Below are positions 1 through 12,159 of a stretch of 64,000 nucleotides of DNA, piece after piece (position 1 is the stretch's first letter; each line of letters opens with the position of its first letter). Location of the stretch: NCBI GenBank assembly GCA_964016885.1, contig OZ024741.1, forward strand, positions 133,176,001-133,240,000. The letters are read 5' to 3'. Both the position numbers and the translations under genes were made by a program. Source of the DNA: Eledone cirrhosa (Eukaryota). Under the pieces are notes generated by a model that was given only the letters and a program-made list of their open reading frames with translations, was not told the origin of the DNA and made no database searches.

Positions 1-335
1 TATGGATCTTGACTGCAGAAGACCTGAGAAGGCTAGAAAGAAATGAATCAAGTATGCTCTGGTAGCAGTATACTATTAGTGTGCATGAACGGCATAGCAT
101 AAGCAAACTGAGAGAACAACTTGGCATAGGAGGAATCGAATGCAGTCAGCAAGGGAGAAGACTGTGTTGGTGTAGACATGTGATGCATATGGAAGATAGA
201 AGCTGCAGAAAAAATCCTAGTGGCTGGGAAGAGGCAGACCCAGAAAAAAGACTGACCTTAAAAAAATAAACCTCACAACAGAGATGACAAAGGACTGCAA
301 GGGTTGGCAATATGCTGAGCTGGTGAAGACCCAGT
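1..335 (+). mobile_element. Degraded RTE-clade LINE 3' ORF fragment
   Basis: Remnant translation (EDLRRLERNE..ML, SISKLREQLGI.GI, RRLCW..HVMHMED) matches the C-terminus of better-preserved RTE copies in the window. Confidence 0.8.
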
Positions 336-585
336 CAACAGCATATAATATGACCTGACTTATCCCCATGTCCTCTCTATCACTATCACTCCCCAGTAGC
401 TATCCTTGCCATCACTTTTGAAATGTACATAGTGGGTGTAATTTAATGAAATAAACTAATGCTTAATATTGACACTGTCTTATACCATATACATAATACC
501 TTGTGGTACCCACAACACAGAATGCTCACATCTGATTACACCATTGTTGGTCAATTGCTTGGATCAACCAACACTGATTATCGAA

Positions 586-627
<42 letters not shown>

Positions 628-639
628 TTTCAAGAGATG

Positions 640-850
640 TCAACATGAATGGGCCTGTTATTTTTATCTAAAGACTTTTTTCCCAATTCCAATCCGCCCA
701 TCCCTCCAATCTATCTTATTTCTCATTCTTTCTTCTGATGAAGGACTAGCGTCTGAAATGTTAAAACCCTCTTCTGGCTATTTCAAGCGTTAACCTAATA
801 TATTCCTTCCATATACTGTACCGGTTGTGTTGTTATTCCTGTTTAACTTT
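640..850 (+). mobile_element. Probable Penelope-like pseudo-LTR remnant with degenerate hammerhead core
   Basis: CTGATGA-aggac-tagc-gtct-GAAAtgtta at 735-763, between two (TA)n tracts. A related motif lies on the minus strand at ~6812-6843. Confidence 0.45.
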
Positions 851-892
<42 letters not shown>

Positions 893-899
<7 letters not shown>

Positions 900-1797
900 A
901 TAAGTTTCAACTATGGAAACAGAATTTGGAATCAAAAGGTCTGAGAGTAAACTTAGCCAAACCTAAGTGAGTTGGAAAGAAGATAGGACCCTGATTCCTT
1001 CGGGGAAGTAGCCCTACTCAATATATAGAAAAGGAGTTGGCATAAACTCCATACGGTATTCACAATGTAAATCTTGGGTACACAAGAGATGTAGTGAGAT
1101 AACGGGTTGACTAACAGAAAGGGAAGACTTCATATGTAGAAGATGCACAGGGGTAATCGAGCGGAAGAGCGCCAATGATATAAAACTGTTCAAGTCACAG
1201 GAAAGGTCCAAAGAAATGGTTGATAGCTTCTGCTATCTAGATGACTTAATTAGCAGCAGAGACAGGTGCTCCGAGAGTATAATAGCTAGAATAAGGATAG
1301 GATGGAAAAAGTTTAGAGAGCTACTCCCATTGTCGACTACAAAAGGTTTCTCCCCACATACAAAAAAAGGACTGAATGGTGACTGTGTGCAAAGTATGAT
1401 GCTTCATGGTAGTGAAATATGGGTTGTGACTACAGAGGACATGAGTAGACTGGAAAGAAATGAAGTAACCATGCTTCGTTAGATGTGCAATGTAACTGTG
1501 AGAGAAAGGCAGAGCTTAGATGAGTTGAAAGAGAAGCTGGGTTTATGAGGAATCCGAGGTGGTGTGCAAAAGAGGAGACTGCATTGGTATGGACATGTGA
1601 TGGGCATGGATGATGATCGCTGGATAAAGAAATGCCAGGAATTCCCAGTGGAAAGAAGCTACAGTAGAGGTAAACCAAGAAAGACCTCAACAGAAGTGGT
1701 GAAAGCTGACCACAAATTTCTGAGACTTACGGGGGAGATAACATCCAACTCATGCAAGTGTGGAAAAAATGGACATAAAAACGATGATGATGATAAT
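893..1797 (+). mobile_element. RTE LINE 3' fragment (older subfamily) with (GAT)n tail
   Basis: ORFs 1216-1482 and 1564-1809 (DSFCYLDD, GWKKFRELLPL, RRLHWYGHVM, RGKPRKT); ends in gatgatgatgat followed by (AT)n. Confidence 0.9.
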
Positions 1798-1841
1798 ATA
1801 TATATATAAAATAATATCTTTCTAAATATATAAAAACATAT

Positions 1842-2172
1842 GGAGGCACATGGCTTAGTGGTTAGAGCATTGGCCTTGCAATCGAAAGATTGTGAGTTCA
1901 ATTCTCAGACCGGGCAATGTGTTGTTTCCTTGAGCAAGACACTTTATTTCACAGTGCTCCAGTTTACTCAGCTGTAGAAATGAGATGATAGGGACTGGGG
2001 TCCCTATCATTCCACTGCAAAGTGGTCGTGGAGGTGCCACGGCAAAAAAGCACCCAGCACTCACTGTAAATGAGGTTGGTGTTAGGAAGGGCATCCAGCT
2101 GTAGAAATCAAGCCAGAATCAGTTCCCATCCCACCCTTGCAAGCAGGGAAAAGCAGACATAAAATGAAATGA
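1842..2172 (+). mobile_element. tRNA-derived SINE (CORE-like body, RTE-type tail)
   Basis: A box tggcttagtgg, B box gagttcaattc, ccttgagcaagacactt core, tail aggaagggcatccagctgtagaaa shared with the RTE 3'UTR; further copies at 49961 and 59139. Confidence 0.85.
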
Positions 2173-2714
2173 AATATGTAGCCGATCTCTCCCACTGTTT
2201 TTATGAAACACTGAAGAGATAAAGTTAAGGTAAAGACTGGTGTGCTCCTACGCAGAGATGATATAAAGTATCTTATAAAATAGAGTGAAGACCCTTTAAG
2301 ACAGATTAAGAAGTTGCCAGTGGCTGATGGCACCACTTCTTTTTCTATCTTTAAGGATCTTCAGCCTATTTTATGAGTTATTTTATTGCATCTCCGTGCA
2401 TGAGCACACCACTCTTTATATTGATATATGTATATATCATGATGAGGATCTATATATATATGATATATATATGTATGTATGTATATGTATTGATATTTAC
2501 CTCTCACTACAGTATCTCTCTATCAATCAAGAAAAATACATAGTCTACAGTTCCCTCACACACACCACTTTATAACTATTGATTTATCTCTTACTACAAC
2601 ATAACAATATTATTATTACATGTCAATTTTATTATCATTATTATTATTTCCTATACAATTTATATACTTTTTACCTTCACTGCATGCAACAGAGTTATAT
2701 ACATATATATTTTT

Positions 2715-3210
2715 TTACTCTTCTCTCTTCTCACTTTCTCTCTTCCCCTCTGCATGGATATGATTCTCTCTCTCTCTCTTCAGTTTTTTCTTTTTTTCTT
2801 ACTCTTTCTCTTTCTCCTTCTCCCTCATACCTTCCATTCTCCTTTCTCTATATCTTTCTCACTTTCTCACCCCCTCTCTTCATCTTTTGCATTCTTTCTT
2901 CTTTCTATGCTCCTGATCCTCTTGTTTTTTTGCCCCCCCCCCCTCTGTTTTTCTTTTGTTTTAGAAATTTTTACACATACATTCACTATATCTCACCACC
3001 ACCACCACTATCCTCTCTCTCTCTCTCTCTCTTTTCTCTCTCTCTCACTCTCTCTCACTCTCTCTTGTTCTCCCTCACCTTTTCTCTCTTTCTCCCTCTC
3101 TCACAACCACCCCCATCACTCTCTTTTCCTTCGCGATCAACCTTCTCCTGCAATCTCTTTCTTTCACTTTATCTCTTTCTTTAATGTTACCTCTTACCTC
3201 TCTCCTTCTT
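2715..3210. repeat. Polypyrimidine/(CT)n low-complexity tract
   Basis: Almost exclusively C/T on the + strand. Confidence 0.9.
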
Positions 3211-3575
3211 CCACCATCGCTACAACCCATATCTCACCCCCCACCCCCGTGACAATCCTCTCTATAAGTCATCTACTCCAATTCAATATTTTAAAGTAGT
3301 TTTTCATTTTTTTGGTTTCTTTTTCCTACCCCCCTCCTTTTTTATACCATTCCATAAGAATGACATGGATCTTTTTCTGGAGAATTATTGATTTTTATTC
3401 AACTTTATGGTATTGCAATTGTGTTTTCTCTCCATCTTCTTCTTTTATACTGCCATCTCCTGATTCCAATTTCCCTTCTGTTGATCACCTCAGAGAATTT
3501 CTGCAACAAAGACATTTAGTCTCTTACCTTCTTCGTTTCTTTGCACTGACTGATTATGCCAGGTTTTATTTTAAG

Positions 3576-3695
3576 GATTATTTCAGAATTGCACAAATCT
3601 TTGAGCCAGATGCTATGACCCAGTGTTTAATATTCTCTGAGTCTGAGAAGCATTTGTAATGGCAATGTTTACCAGCCAGCCAGCCATTATTTATC
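3576..3695 (+). other. Putative non-coding exon, copy 1 (paralog at 47742-47868)
   Basis: ttttattttaAG acceptor and GTAAGT donor, both retained in the diverged second copy; stops in all three frames. Confidence 0.4.
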
Positions 3696-3924
3696 GTAAG
3701 TGCATGTAGTATTAGACACAAAATGTAAACTTATTGCACAAAATTAGATTTAGAAGTGCATCTCATTGATACCATAATGCATGGGGGCAAAGTGTGGGCT
3801 CCCAGCCAATCTGAAAGGTTAGTGGCTCCAACTATGTACTGACTTGATCTATAACAACCCATCCAACATTTGCTAACAGGGAAATTGGACGTTAAATGAA
3901 GATGATTATATATATATATATACA

Positions 3925-4160
3925 AAAAAACATACAGTCCACGCTGTAATGTGGCCGTGTAGGCAACACGGTAAAAACCTCCCAGTTCCACACTGTAAAT
4001 GTGGTTGGTGTTAGGAAGGGCATCCAGCCATAGAAAACCCGCCAGACACTCCTATGCGAGCAAGACAACCACTCTTGCCTCAAGTGGGAAAACCCCCGTC
4101 CAAACCCATGCAAGCGTGGAATATGGACGTTAAACGATGATAATGATGATGATGATGATA
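3925..4160 (+). mobile_element. RTE 3'UTR fragment with (GAT)n tail
   Basis: Matches the 3'UTR of the copy at 15460-15698. Confidence 0.85.
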
Positions 4161-4171
4161 TATATATATAT

Positions 4172-4506
4172 ACTCATTAAAAGCAACAACAAGAAAGTTG
4201 AACTGGACACTTTATAATTTTAATTCTAAATAGAAGACCAATTTTAATTCAGGGATGGCCTGCTGATTCCATGGTATTGTAATGGCAGGTCATCCTCTAT
4301 ATTCTATTTTCTATTCTCTGCTTGTGTTTGCCCAAATCCTGTTCTCTTATATAACTAATTTTGAAAGTAACACCTGATGAAATTGCCTGGGTCTTGTATT
4401 ATATTCGGATGTTGAAGCTGGACCATTGAAATATGTATAGACTTTTCACGAAATTAGAATGATAAAATTTCCAGTTCAGCCTTCTGTTGTTGTTTTTAAT
4501 GAATAT
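4172..4506. mobile_element. Inverted-repeat element (Penelope-like inverted pLTR or MITE)
   Basis: ~50-bp imperfect inverted termini (tcattaaaagcaacaacaagaaagttgaactgg / ccagttcagccttctgttgttgtttttaatga); CTGATGA at 4374. Confidence 0.45.
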
Positions 4507-4639
4507 TTAACTCCATTCCTGCACTAATCATTGGACACCACATCTACAATGGATGATCTGCATAACGTTGAGCGCTTTAATTTATTGCATCACCGTTTAC
4601 TAACCGGAATCACCAGTTCCACCCATTGGTAAACAATGG

Positions 4640-4804
<165 letters not shown>

Positions 4805-6102
4805 CAGGGTGCGGATGATATTTGTTCGCAAGATTACTGTCTAGGAAAAAACAAAAATTTTTTTAAATATATTTATCAAACTTGGGTCAGTTTGTCTTCA
4901 TGACTTGTTCTTTCGATCTCACTTGATAAAACCACCATTGGCTTTGATGACGGCCTCAAGGCGGCCTTGGAACCAACTACAGGCCTTCGTCACTGTCCCC
5001 CGACTTAGGCCCTTATAAGCACTTGTGATCCTGGCCTTCAGATCGTCTATCGTATTGCAGCTAGATCTGTTGGTGTCTCGTTCCACTGCGCCCCACACAA
5101 AGAAGTCGAGGGGGTTGCAGTCAGGCGAGCTGGGAGGCCAGATGTCAGGTGAAGTGTGGTCGACGAAGTTCTCTGACAGCCAGGCTTGGGTCTTTTGGCT
5201 GGTATGGCAGGGCGGTGAGTCTTGCTGCCACACGTACGGCCTACCTGCAGCTACCTGGTTGATCCAGGGCTTTACTACCTCGCTCAGAACGCGGATGTAG
5301 CCATCGGTGTTCAGTTTGAGACCCTCAGGTAAGAAGTGAGGTGGTATGACGTCACCTTGACTGCTGACGACACCTAAGACCAATGTTGTCGCTGGAAACT
5401 TTGTCTGCATGACTCTGGGCATGTCTTTGGATGAGACAGCGAGCCACCTATTGTTCTGGGAGATGATCTTCTGGTCTTGGCAGAAGTTTTTTCTCATCGG
5501 AGAAAAACTACAGCATGTCTGGCTCCAGTGGATGTTTCAACTTGTTGATCAGCTTCTTTGCGTGCTTCAGTCGCTTTTCTTGCATCGCCTTTGACAGAAA
5601 TTGTCCTTTCCTCATCTTGTATGAAACATAGCGAATGTCTTCATGTACCACCAGCCTAATGAGCTTTTCATCCACACCTTTCTCCCTTGCAATGGCATGC
5701 ATCAACTTGCTAAGTTCATTGTTGATGATATCCTGAACTTCAGCAACGAACTCGGGTGTTCTGAAGGCGTCAGATCGTCGACCATGTGTTTTCCTCTCTG
5801 ATGTTGCTTTGTAGTCGAATCCTGAATCTTCTAATTCCTTTCTGACCTTTTCCACCATTCTCCTGCTGACGCTGAGAAAGTCTGAAATTTCCTTATTTGT
5901 CCTCCCGGCGCGGATTCCAAGAAGAACTCCGTGTCTCTTCCACAAATTTGAAGGTTCAAAATTATTCATAATCAATTATTCTGAAAATAAATAATGGAAA
6001 TATAGTCACTGTTTTTATGAAGGCAAGAGTGACAACGGAAATAAAAAAAATTTGCATAAAATTAGCAGTTGAAAATTGCGAACAAATATCGTCCACACTC
6101 TG
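4805..6102 (-). mobile_element. Full-length Tc1/mariner DNA transposon, DD37D (maT) family, inactivated
   Basis: 27-bp TIRs cagggtgcggatgatatttgttcgcaa / ttgcgaacaaatatcgtccacactctg (3 mismatches) with TA on both sides; ~1.3 kb. Confidence 0.93.
4919..5975 (-). pseudogene. maT transposase pseudogene
   Basis: HTH region 5508-5975, then a TAG stop and a frameshift around FFSDEK. Catalytic region has QQDSPPCH...SPDCNPLDFFVW with 37 residues between the 2nd and 3rd Asp. Confidence 0.92.
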
Positions 6103-6132
6103 TATATATATATACATATATATATGTATATA

Positions 6133-6212
<80 letters not shown>

Positions 6213-6218
<6 letters not shown>

Positions 6219-6267
6219 GACAATATTTGTTTGCAATTTTCAACTGCTAATTTTATGCACATTTTTT
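6213..6267 (+). mobile_element. Inverted remnant of the maT 5' terminus
   Basis: gtgtggacaatatttgtttgcaattttcaactgctaattttatgc is the near-exact reverse complement of 6052-6098; separated from it by (TA)n. Confidence 0.8.
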
Positions 6268-6656
6268 GTAGAACTAAAACCTGTTGGTGAACTGTTGATG
6301 AACTGTTGATGAACTGAATCCTCTGTTTGATCATGAATACCACGAGCTTGCCAGTTACGTAAGTCTGATATTTGATTTCGGATTCATAGAAACACTTTAA
6401 ACGCTTAACGTTTGATTTGTCCAGGTGTATTTTTCTCAACCTGTTAGTTCTTTCGTTACTTTGGTATATTGTGTGTTAGATTTTGCCTACTACAATGTTC
6501 AATTTGTCAAGCTATTTAAACGTATGTTATTACTCTAAGGACCTACTTTGTCGAGTGCTTTGCTAACTCATTCATATAGTAGGGCGAATTTGCTTGCACA
6601 CCACCAGAGATTCGATTTTACTAAGTATACAATTATATATATATATATAGATATAT

Positions 6657-6689
<33 letters not shown>

Positions 6690-6943
6690 TATATATGTAT
6701 GTGTGTATGTATGTATGTGTATGCAAAAAATAAAAGGAAACAACAAAGCAAACAAAACAGTACAACAAAGAAATATATTAGTTTAACGCATGATATAATA
6801 GAAAAAGAGTTTTTACATTTTGGACTCTAATCCTTCATCAGAAGATAGTATGAGAAATAGAAGATGAAATAGAAAATTAGAGAGTGAGAAAAGGAAGGAA
6901 TGGATAAAAGTTTATGAGAAAAAACCCTCAGTCAGCCATTTTG

Positions 6944-6975
<32 letters not shown>

Positions 6976-6977
<2 letters not shown>

Positions 6978-7072
6978 GGGTGTCCCCAAAAATATATACA
7001 CACTTCAACAGCAGTCTAATAAATATTGTCTATACAGGTAATCAAAGTGTGTATGCATTTTTTTTTGGGGGG
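6976..7072. mobile_element. Possible tiny mariner-type MITE remnant
   Basis: cagggtgtccccaaaaatatatacacactt ... aagtgtgtatgcatttttttgggg imperfect inverted ends. Confidence 0.4.
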
Positions 7073-7094
7073 GGGGGGCTTGTGTGTATGTGTA

Positions 7095-7130
<36 letters not shown>

Positions 7131-7163
7131 TAAACTCTCTCTATATATATATATATAATATCA

Positions 7164-7198
<35 letters not shown>

Positions 7199-7611
7199 CT
7201 TATGGTAATGTTCGTAGCTGCAATCCATGAATTGTTGGTTGTGATGGCAATGTCAATGATGACAATAATGATGGATGAGAATAGCTGTGATGAGGCTGAT
7301 GATAATAATGATGGTGGTCAGTAAATGTCACCATGAAGAGATGAAATGTCAGTACAACTATAGCAGCTCATCAATATAACACAACACACTATATAGGGCT
7401 GTCTATAGGAGATCAATAAATTTCTGATAGGTTTTAATTTACAGCTAGTAAATACAGATTTGCTCGTGTTGTCTGATGAAACAGAAATCCTGGCAACCAC
7501 ACATCACTGACAAACATTTATCATTAACCCTTACAATATCAAACCATCTAACCCTGACCCTGCTTCTGTTAAAACAATGTTGTTTATATCAGTCTTTATA
7601 TTTATCTAAAA

Positions 7612-7752
7612 TTCTTCTTCTTCTTCTTCTTCTTCTTCTTCTTCTTCTTCTTCTTCTTCTTCTTCTTCTTCTTCTTCTTCTCCTTCTTCTTCTTCTTCTT
7701 CTTCTTCTTCTTCTTCTTCTTCTTCTTCTTCTTCTTCTTCTTCTTCTTCTTC
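7612..7752. repeat. (CTT)n/(AAG)n trinucleotide microsatellite, ~47 units
   Basis: Direct observation; one interruption at 7682. Confidence 0.97.
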
Positions 7753-7855
7753 GTCCACTTATTCCTGGGAGGGTCCCTGCCATTCTCTCACATATACATT
7801 GCACATCCAACAAAGCAGGATTACTTCATTTCTCTCCAGCCTATGCATGTCCTCT

Positions 7856-7979
7856 ATGGTAACAAAATTATAGAAGATCTTTCATTAGGAATATGGTAAC
7901 AAAATTTTGAAATGTCTTTCATTAGGAATATGTTGGGAATATGGAAACAAAATGATAGAGTGTCATTCATTAGGAATAT
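7856..7979. repeat. ~37-bp tandem repeat (3 units), interrupted by a CR1 insertion
   Basis: tatggtaacaaaatt..tctttcattaggaa units; the next tggtaacaaa resumes at 9341, after the LINE. Confidence 0.7.
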
Positions 7980-9340
7980 AATAATAATAATGAAATTATT
8001 GTGTACAGTGTTCAGGTGCACTACAACTCGTCAAAGGTGCATGTATAGTACATAGAATAATATACAAATGTCGGTGAAGTGAATAGTGTATGAGTCATGA
8101 TATACATGTGTGCGTGGAATATTAGGTGTAGTGTTGGTGAATCTCAGGAAGCATGGAGGTTTTAAAGGATGGAGTGTCTCGACAGCTAATAACTGATGCA
8201 GGTAGTTTGTTCCATGCTTCAGCAACTCTGAGCGTGAAAATATGTTTTAGAAAGTCATGGGAGCTCTGCTGTTTTCTGACTTTGTGGGCATGCCCACGTG
8301 TGTTAGACACATGGAAATCAAAAAGGTACTCAGGGTTGTTGTTGGCAGGATGGTTAATAATTTTGTGGGTGTTTACCAAGTCAGTTGCCAGATGTCAGAG
8401 TTTCAATGTATCGATGCCCAGGGAAGCAAGGCATTCAGAGTATGGTAGATGCCTGATGGAGGGTATGCGCTTGGTTGCATGTCTCTGATCAGTTTCCAGG
8501 TGGTCAATGTTCTGAGCAAGATAGGGGTTCCAGATTGGTGATGCAAATTCTAAGTGTGGCCACACCATAGCTATATACAGCTTTAAATAGATAGCTGGAG
8601 AGCAGCTGACAAAGGTCTTGCTGAGTGATGCTAAGACACACTCGGCCTTCTAGACAATTTTAGAGATGTGCTTCATCCAACCCAAATCGCTACTGACCGT
8701 AATGCCCAGGTCACGTTCACAAGAAGACTTCTTGATATTAGTGTTGTGGAGGGAGTATGTGGACGCTTGGTTTTTACTCAAAAAATGCATGGTGATACAC
8801 TTGTTCACAGCTAGCTTCAGTTGCTAGTCTGTGATCCATTGTTGCATTGTGTCCAGGTCAGATTGCAGGCAAGATCTATAGTGTTCAGGATGTCCTTTTT
8901 ATCTCAAGGTACAGCTTGATGTCTTCTGCATATTTCAGTACTGTGGCATTCTTTAAGTTGACATCTATGTCATTAATATATGCCACAAACAAAAGGGAGC
9001 CAAGAACTGATCCCTGTGGTACACCAGATGACATCTCATATGGTGAGGAATGCTGTCCTAGAACCCTAACTACCTCTCTTCGACTGAGAATGAAGGACTT
9101 CAACCAGTTAAAAAAATCATCCTTCACACCCATTGCAGAGAGTTTTGCCATAAGTCTTTTGTGTGGCACAGAATTGAAAGCTTTAGCAAAGTCAAAGTAA
9201 ACAACATCCACCCATGAGCCACCATCAGGGATCCAGGTGATGTCTTCGAGAAATTCGATAAGTTGATCACAGCAGCTGGAGTTAGGGATAAATCCAAATT
9301 GCGAGGGCCAGATAAGACTGTGAGAGTTCCAGAAGTTCCA
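7980..9340 (-). mobile_element. 5'-truncated CR1 LINE (same family as 18.7-23.0 kb)
   Basis: QFGF, YFDFAKAFNSV, GVPQGSVLG, KYAEDIK, NTRGHAHK motifs; (ATT)n tail at 7980; stops present. Confidence 0.93.
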
Positions 9341-9774
9341 TGGTAACAAATGAGTTAAAACTCGAGTCATTAAAAATAATAATTGTTTCTACTTTTGGCA
9401 CAAAGCTAGCAATTATTCCAGTACATTACTGGTGCTTTATTTTATCGACCCCCTCACCATTCGTCTCTGTTTACATGTCTTTCTCTTTCTCCACCAACTC
9501 TTTTTATCCCAATAACTTATTTTAGTTATTGAATCGCCCTAGGCGGAGGTATATTGTCTGTAATGCGAAGAAATACCTATGATGCCTAGTAGACAACTGA
9601 TGATGGATATTCCTAACTTCTATCTCTAATTCTTCATTTTTTATATATATATATATGTGTGTGTGTATGTATGTATGTGTATGTGTGTATGTATGTATGT
9701 ATGTGTTATATATATATATGCATATGTACGTATGCATGTATATATGTATATTTATCTGTATGTATGTGTGTGTA

Positions 9775-10490
9775 TCATCATCATCATCATCACCATTTTA
9801 CGTCCATTCTTCCACGCTAGTATGGGTTAGACGAGTTGTCCTGGTGGGTAGTGTCTGGTCGGCTGACCTTGTCTTGCTCATATGGGAACTGATTCTGGCT
9901 TGATTTCTACAGCTGGATGCCGTTCCTAACACCAACCTCATTTACAGTGAGCGCTGGGTGCTTTTTTTCCATGGCGCCTACACGTCCACTTTACAGTGTG
10001 GGCTGGGTGCTTTTTTGCTGTGGTACCGCCACAACCACTTTGTAGTGGGAAGGTGTGGGGGCATATTGTCTATATACTTCAGCTTCGACCTGTACCCGTG
10101 GGAAGTTGGGTCTTCTGTATTACTGTGTGACGCCAGAGGTCGCGGTCATGTGTCATCACCTTTGAGAGGTGCAATTGGGTAAGGTCGGCTTTTATCACCT
10201 CGTCCCAGGTCTTCTTGGGTCTCCCCACTCCGTGGCTTCCATCGACTTCTAGTGCTCTGCACCTTTTTATTCAGCTGTCATATGCATCACAGGTCCATAC
10301 CAATGCAACCTCCTCTCTTGCACACAGCATTTGATTCCTCTTATGCTCAGTCTCTCTCTCAATTCGTTTATACACGCATCATACAGTCTGCCTTTCATTT
10401 TGAGGGGAAAGCCTTTTGTAGCTAGCAGTGGCAGTAGCTCCCTGAACTTCTTCCATCCTGTTCTTACCCTAGTTATTGTATTTTCCGAAA
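9775..10490 (-). mobile_element. RTE 3' fragment with SINE-type tail
   Basis: GWKKFRELLPLL...RRLHWYG; (CAT)n at 9775. Confidence 0.85.
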
Positions 10491-10756
10491 TATTATATAT
10501 ATATATATACATATTTGTATGTGATTTTAGGCATATATGCATGCACGTGTACGTGTATATGCGTGTAGGTATATGTACGTGTGTGCGTGTTTATGTGTGT
10601 ATGTGTATGTGTATATGTATGTATGGTGTGTGTATATGCGTATGCACGTGTATATATGTGTATATGTATGTGTGTATATATATGTATGTATATATGAGTG
10701 TATTGTATGTATATGTGTATGTAGGTGTATGTATGTATGTATATATGTGTATATAT

Positions 10757-11365
10757 GTCAGGTCACCAGTTGGTGCTACTGGTAACATGTATCCCAGTAC
10801 AACCTGTCTCATGGTCGGATCGTTGGCGACTAAACTGGCAACCCCACCAAGGTTTCTTGGTGAGGAGGGTGACTTTGGACATCCTGCAGGACTAAAAACA
10901 AAACCTGTCAAAGGGCAAAGGAGCTCTTAAGAGTCAATGGCCATCCAAAATCACCAGGAGAGATGACCCCTTAGCCTTTGTCAAGGCAGAATTCTAGGAG
11001 AAGGAAACTCTGATATAACACCTGCAACCCTGATGGTATCCAATAATGTTGACTTGTTCTTCTTTTTGGTAAATATCATCTTGGTTAAGAGAGTGTGACT
11101 GGCTTTGTGCAGTGCCTTTGCTCACTATAAAAGCTTCACGGCACAGGCATTGCTTTATATCTGGAGATCTCTCTGCACTTGCCGTCACATGGTACCATGG
11201 GCCCAGCACTATGTGTCAATAATTGTCACAAGTGTAGTGTTTGTACCAGAGTTTTCAAGTCACTGGCTGGAATAAAAAGTCACACTCGTTCAGCGCATCA
11301 GTAGGGGTTCTCCTACATGGATATAAAGTAGTGGCCGTACTCGAAAACGAGTTGGCAGCCACCAT
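10757..11365 (+). mobile_element. Non-autonomous RTE-dependent retroelement (~600 bp), copy 1
   Basis: Near-identical to 36305-36890; last ~180 bp match the 3' end of the RTE at 56085-56266; flanked by TATG-type repeats. Confidence 0.85.
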
Positions 11366-11371
11366 GTATGT

Positions 11372-12045
11372 ATATCATCATCATCATCATCAGGTTTAGC
11401 GTCCGTGTTCCACGCTTGCATGGGTTTGGACGGGGGTTTTCCCACTTGAGGCAAGAGTGGTTGTCTTGCTCGCATAGGACTGTCTGGCGGGTTTTCTACA
11501 GCTGGATGCCCTTCCTAACACCAACCACATTTACAGTGTGGGGCTGGGAGGTTTTTTCCGTGTTGCCTACACGGCCACATTTACAGCGTGGACTGTGTGT
11601 TTTTTTGTCGTGACACCTACACGATCTCATTTGTTTCGGCCTGGATGTTGTGGGACCAACATAACTTTACATTGAAAGGGGCGGTGTGGATGGGGTGGAG
11701 GTGGTGGGACGGGGGTATGTTTTGATAGAGATGCCTACTGACTGTAGTAAGTTTTTACTTTGTATTTAGGTAAGGCGGGTCTTCTCTATTACTGAGTACC
11801 GCCAAAGGTCTCGGTCCAGTGACATTGTCTTGGAGAGGTGTAAGCGTGTGAGGTCGGAATTTATCATGTCGTCCCAGGTTTTTCTGGGTCTGCCTACTCC
11901 GTGGCTACCGTCTATCTTTATTGCCCTGCACTTTGTTATACAGCTGTCGTCTTTCATGCGCATCACGTGACCGTACCAACGTAGCCTTCTCTCGAGTAAA
12001 CAACATCTGATCCCTCTTATTTCTAATTTTTTCCTTAGTTCGTTT
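11372..12045 (-). mobile_element. PHD-RTE 3' fragment
   Basis: GVGRPRKTWDD..DRDLWR; full 3'UTR and (CAT)n tail. Confidence 0.92.
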
Positions 12046-12159
12046 TATATATATATATATATATGTGTGTGTGTATATATATATGTATGCATATGTAAAT
12101 ATATATATATGTATGTATATATATATGTATATATATGTATGGGTATGTATATATATAAT

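Noticed and set aside
1842-1915. tRNA-like sequence with A and B boxes (also at 33022, 50230, 59139)
   Set aside because: No proper acceptor or anticodon stems, the anticodon region differs among copies, and it continues into a SINE body
2579-3299. 201-aa and 181-aa hydrophobic ORFs resembling membrane proteins
   Set aside because: The polypyrimidine tract lacks stop codons by composition
7476-7862. Poly-Leu and poly-Arg ORFs
   Set aside because: Reading frames through the (CTT)n tract
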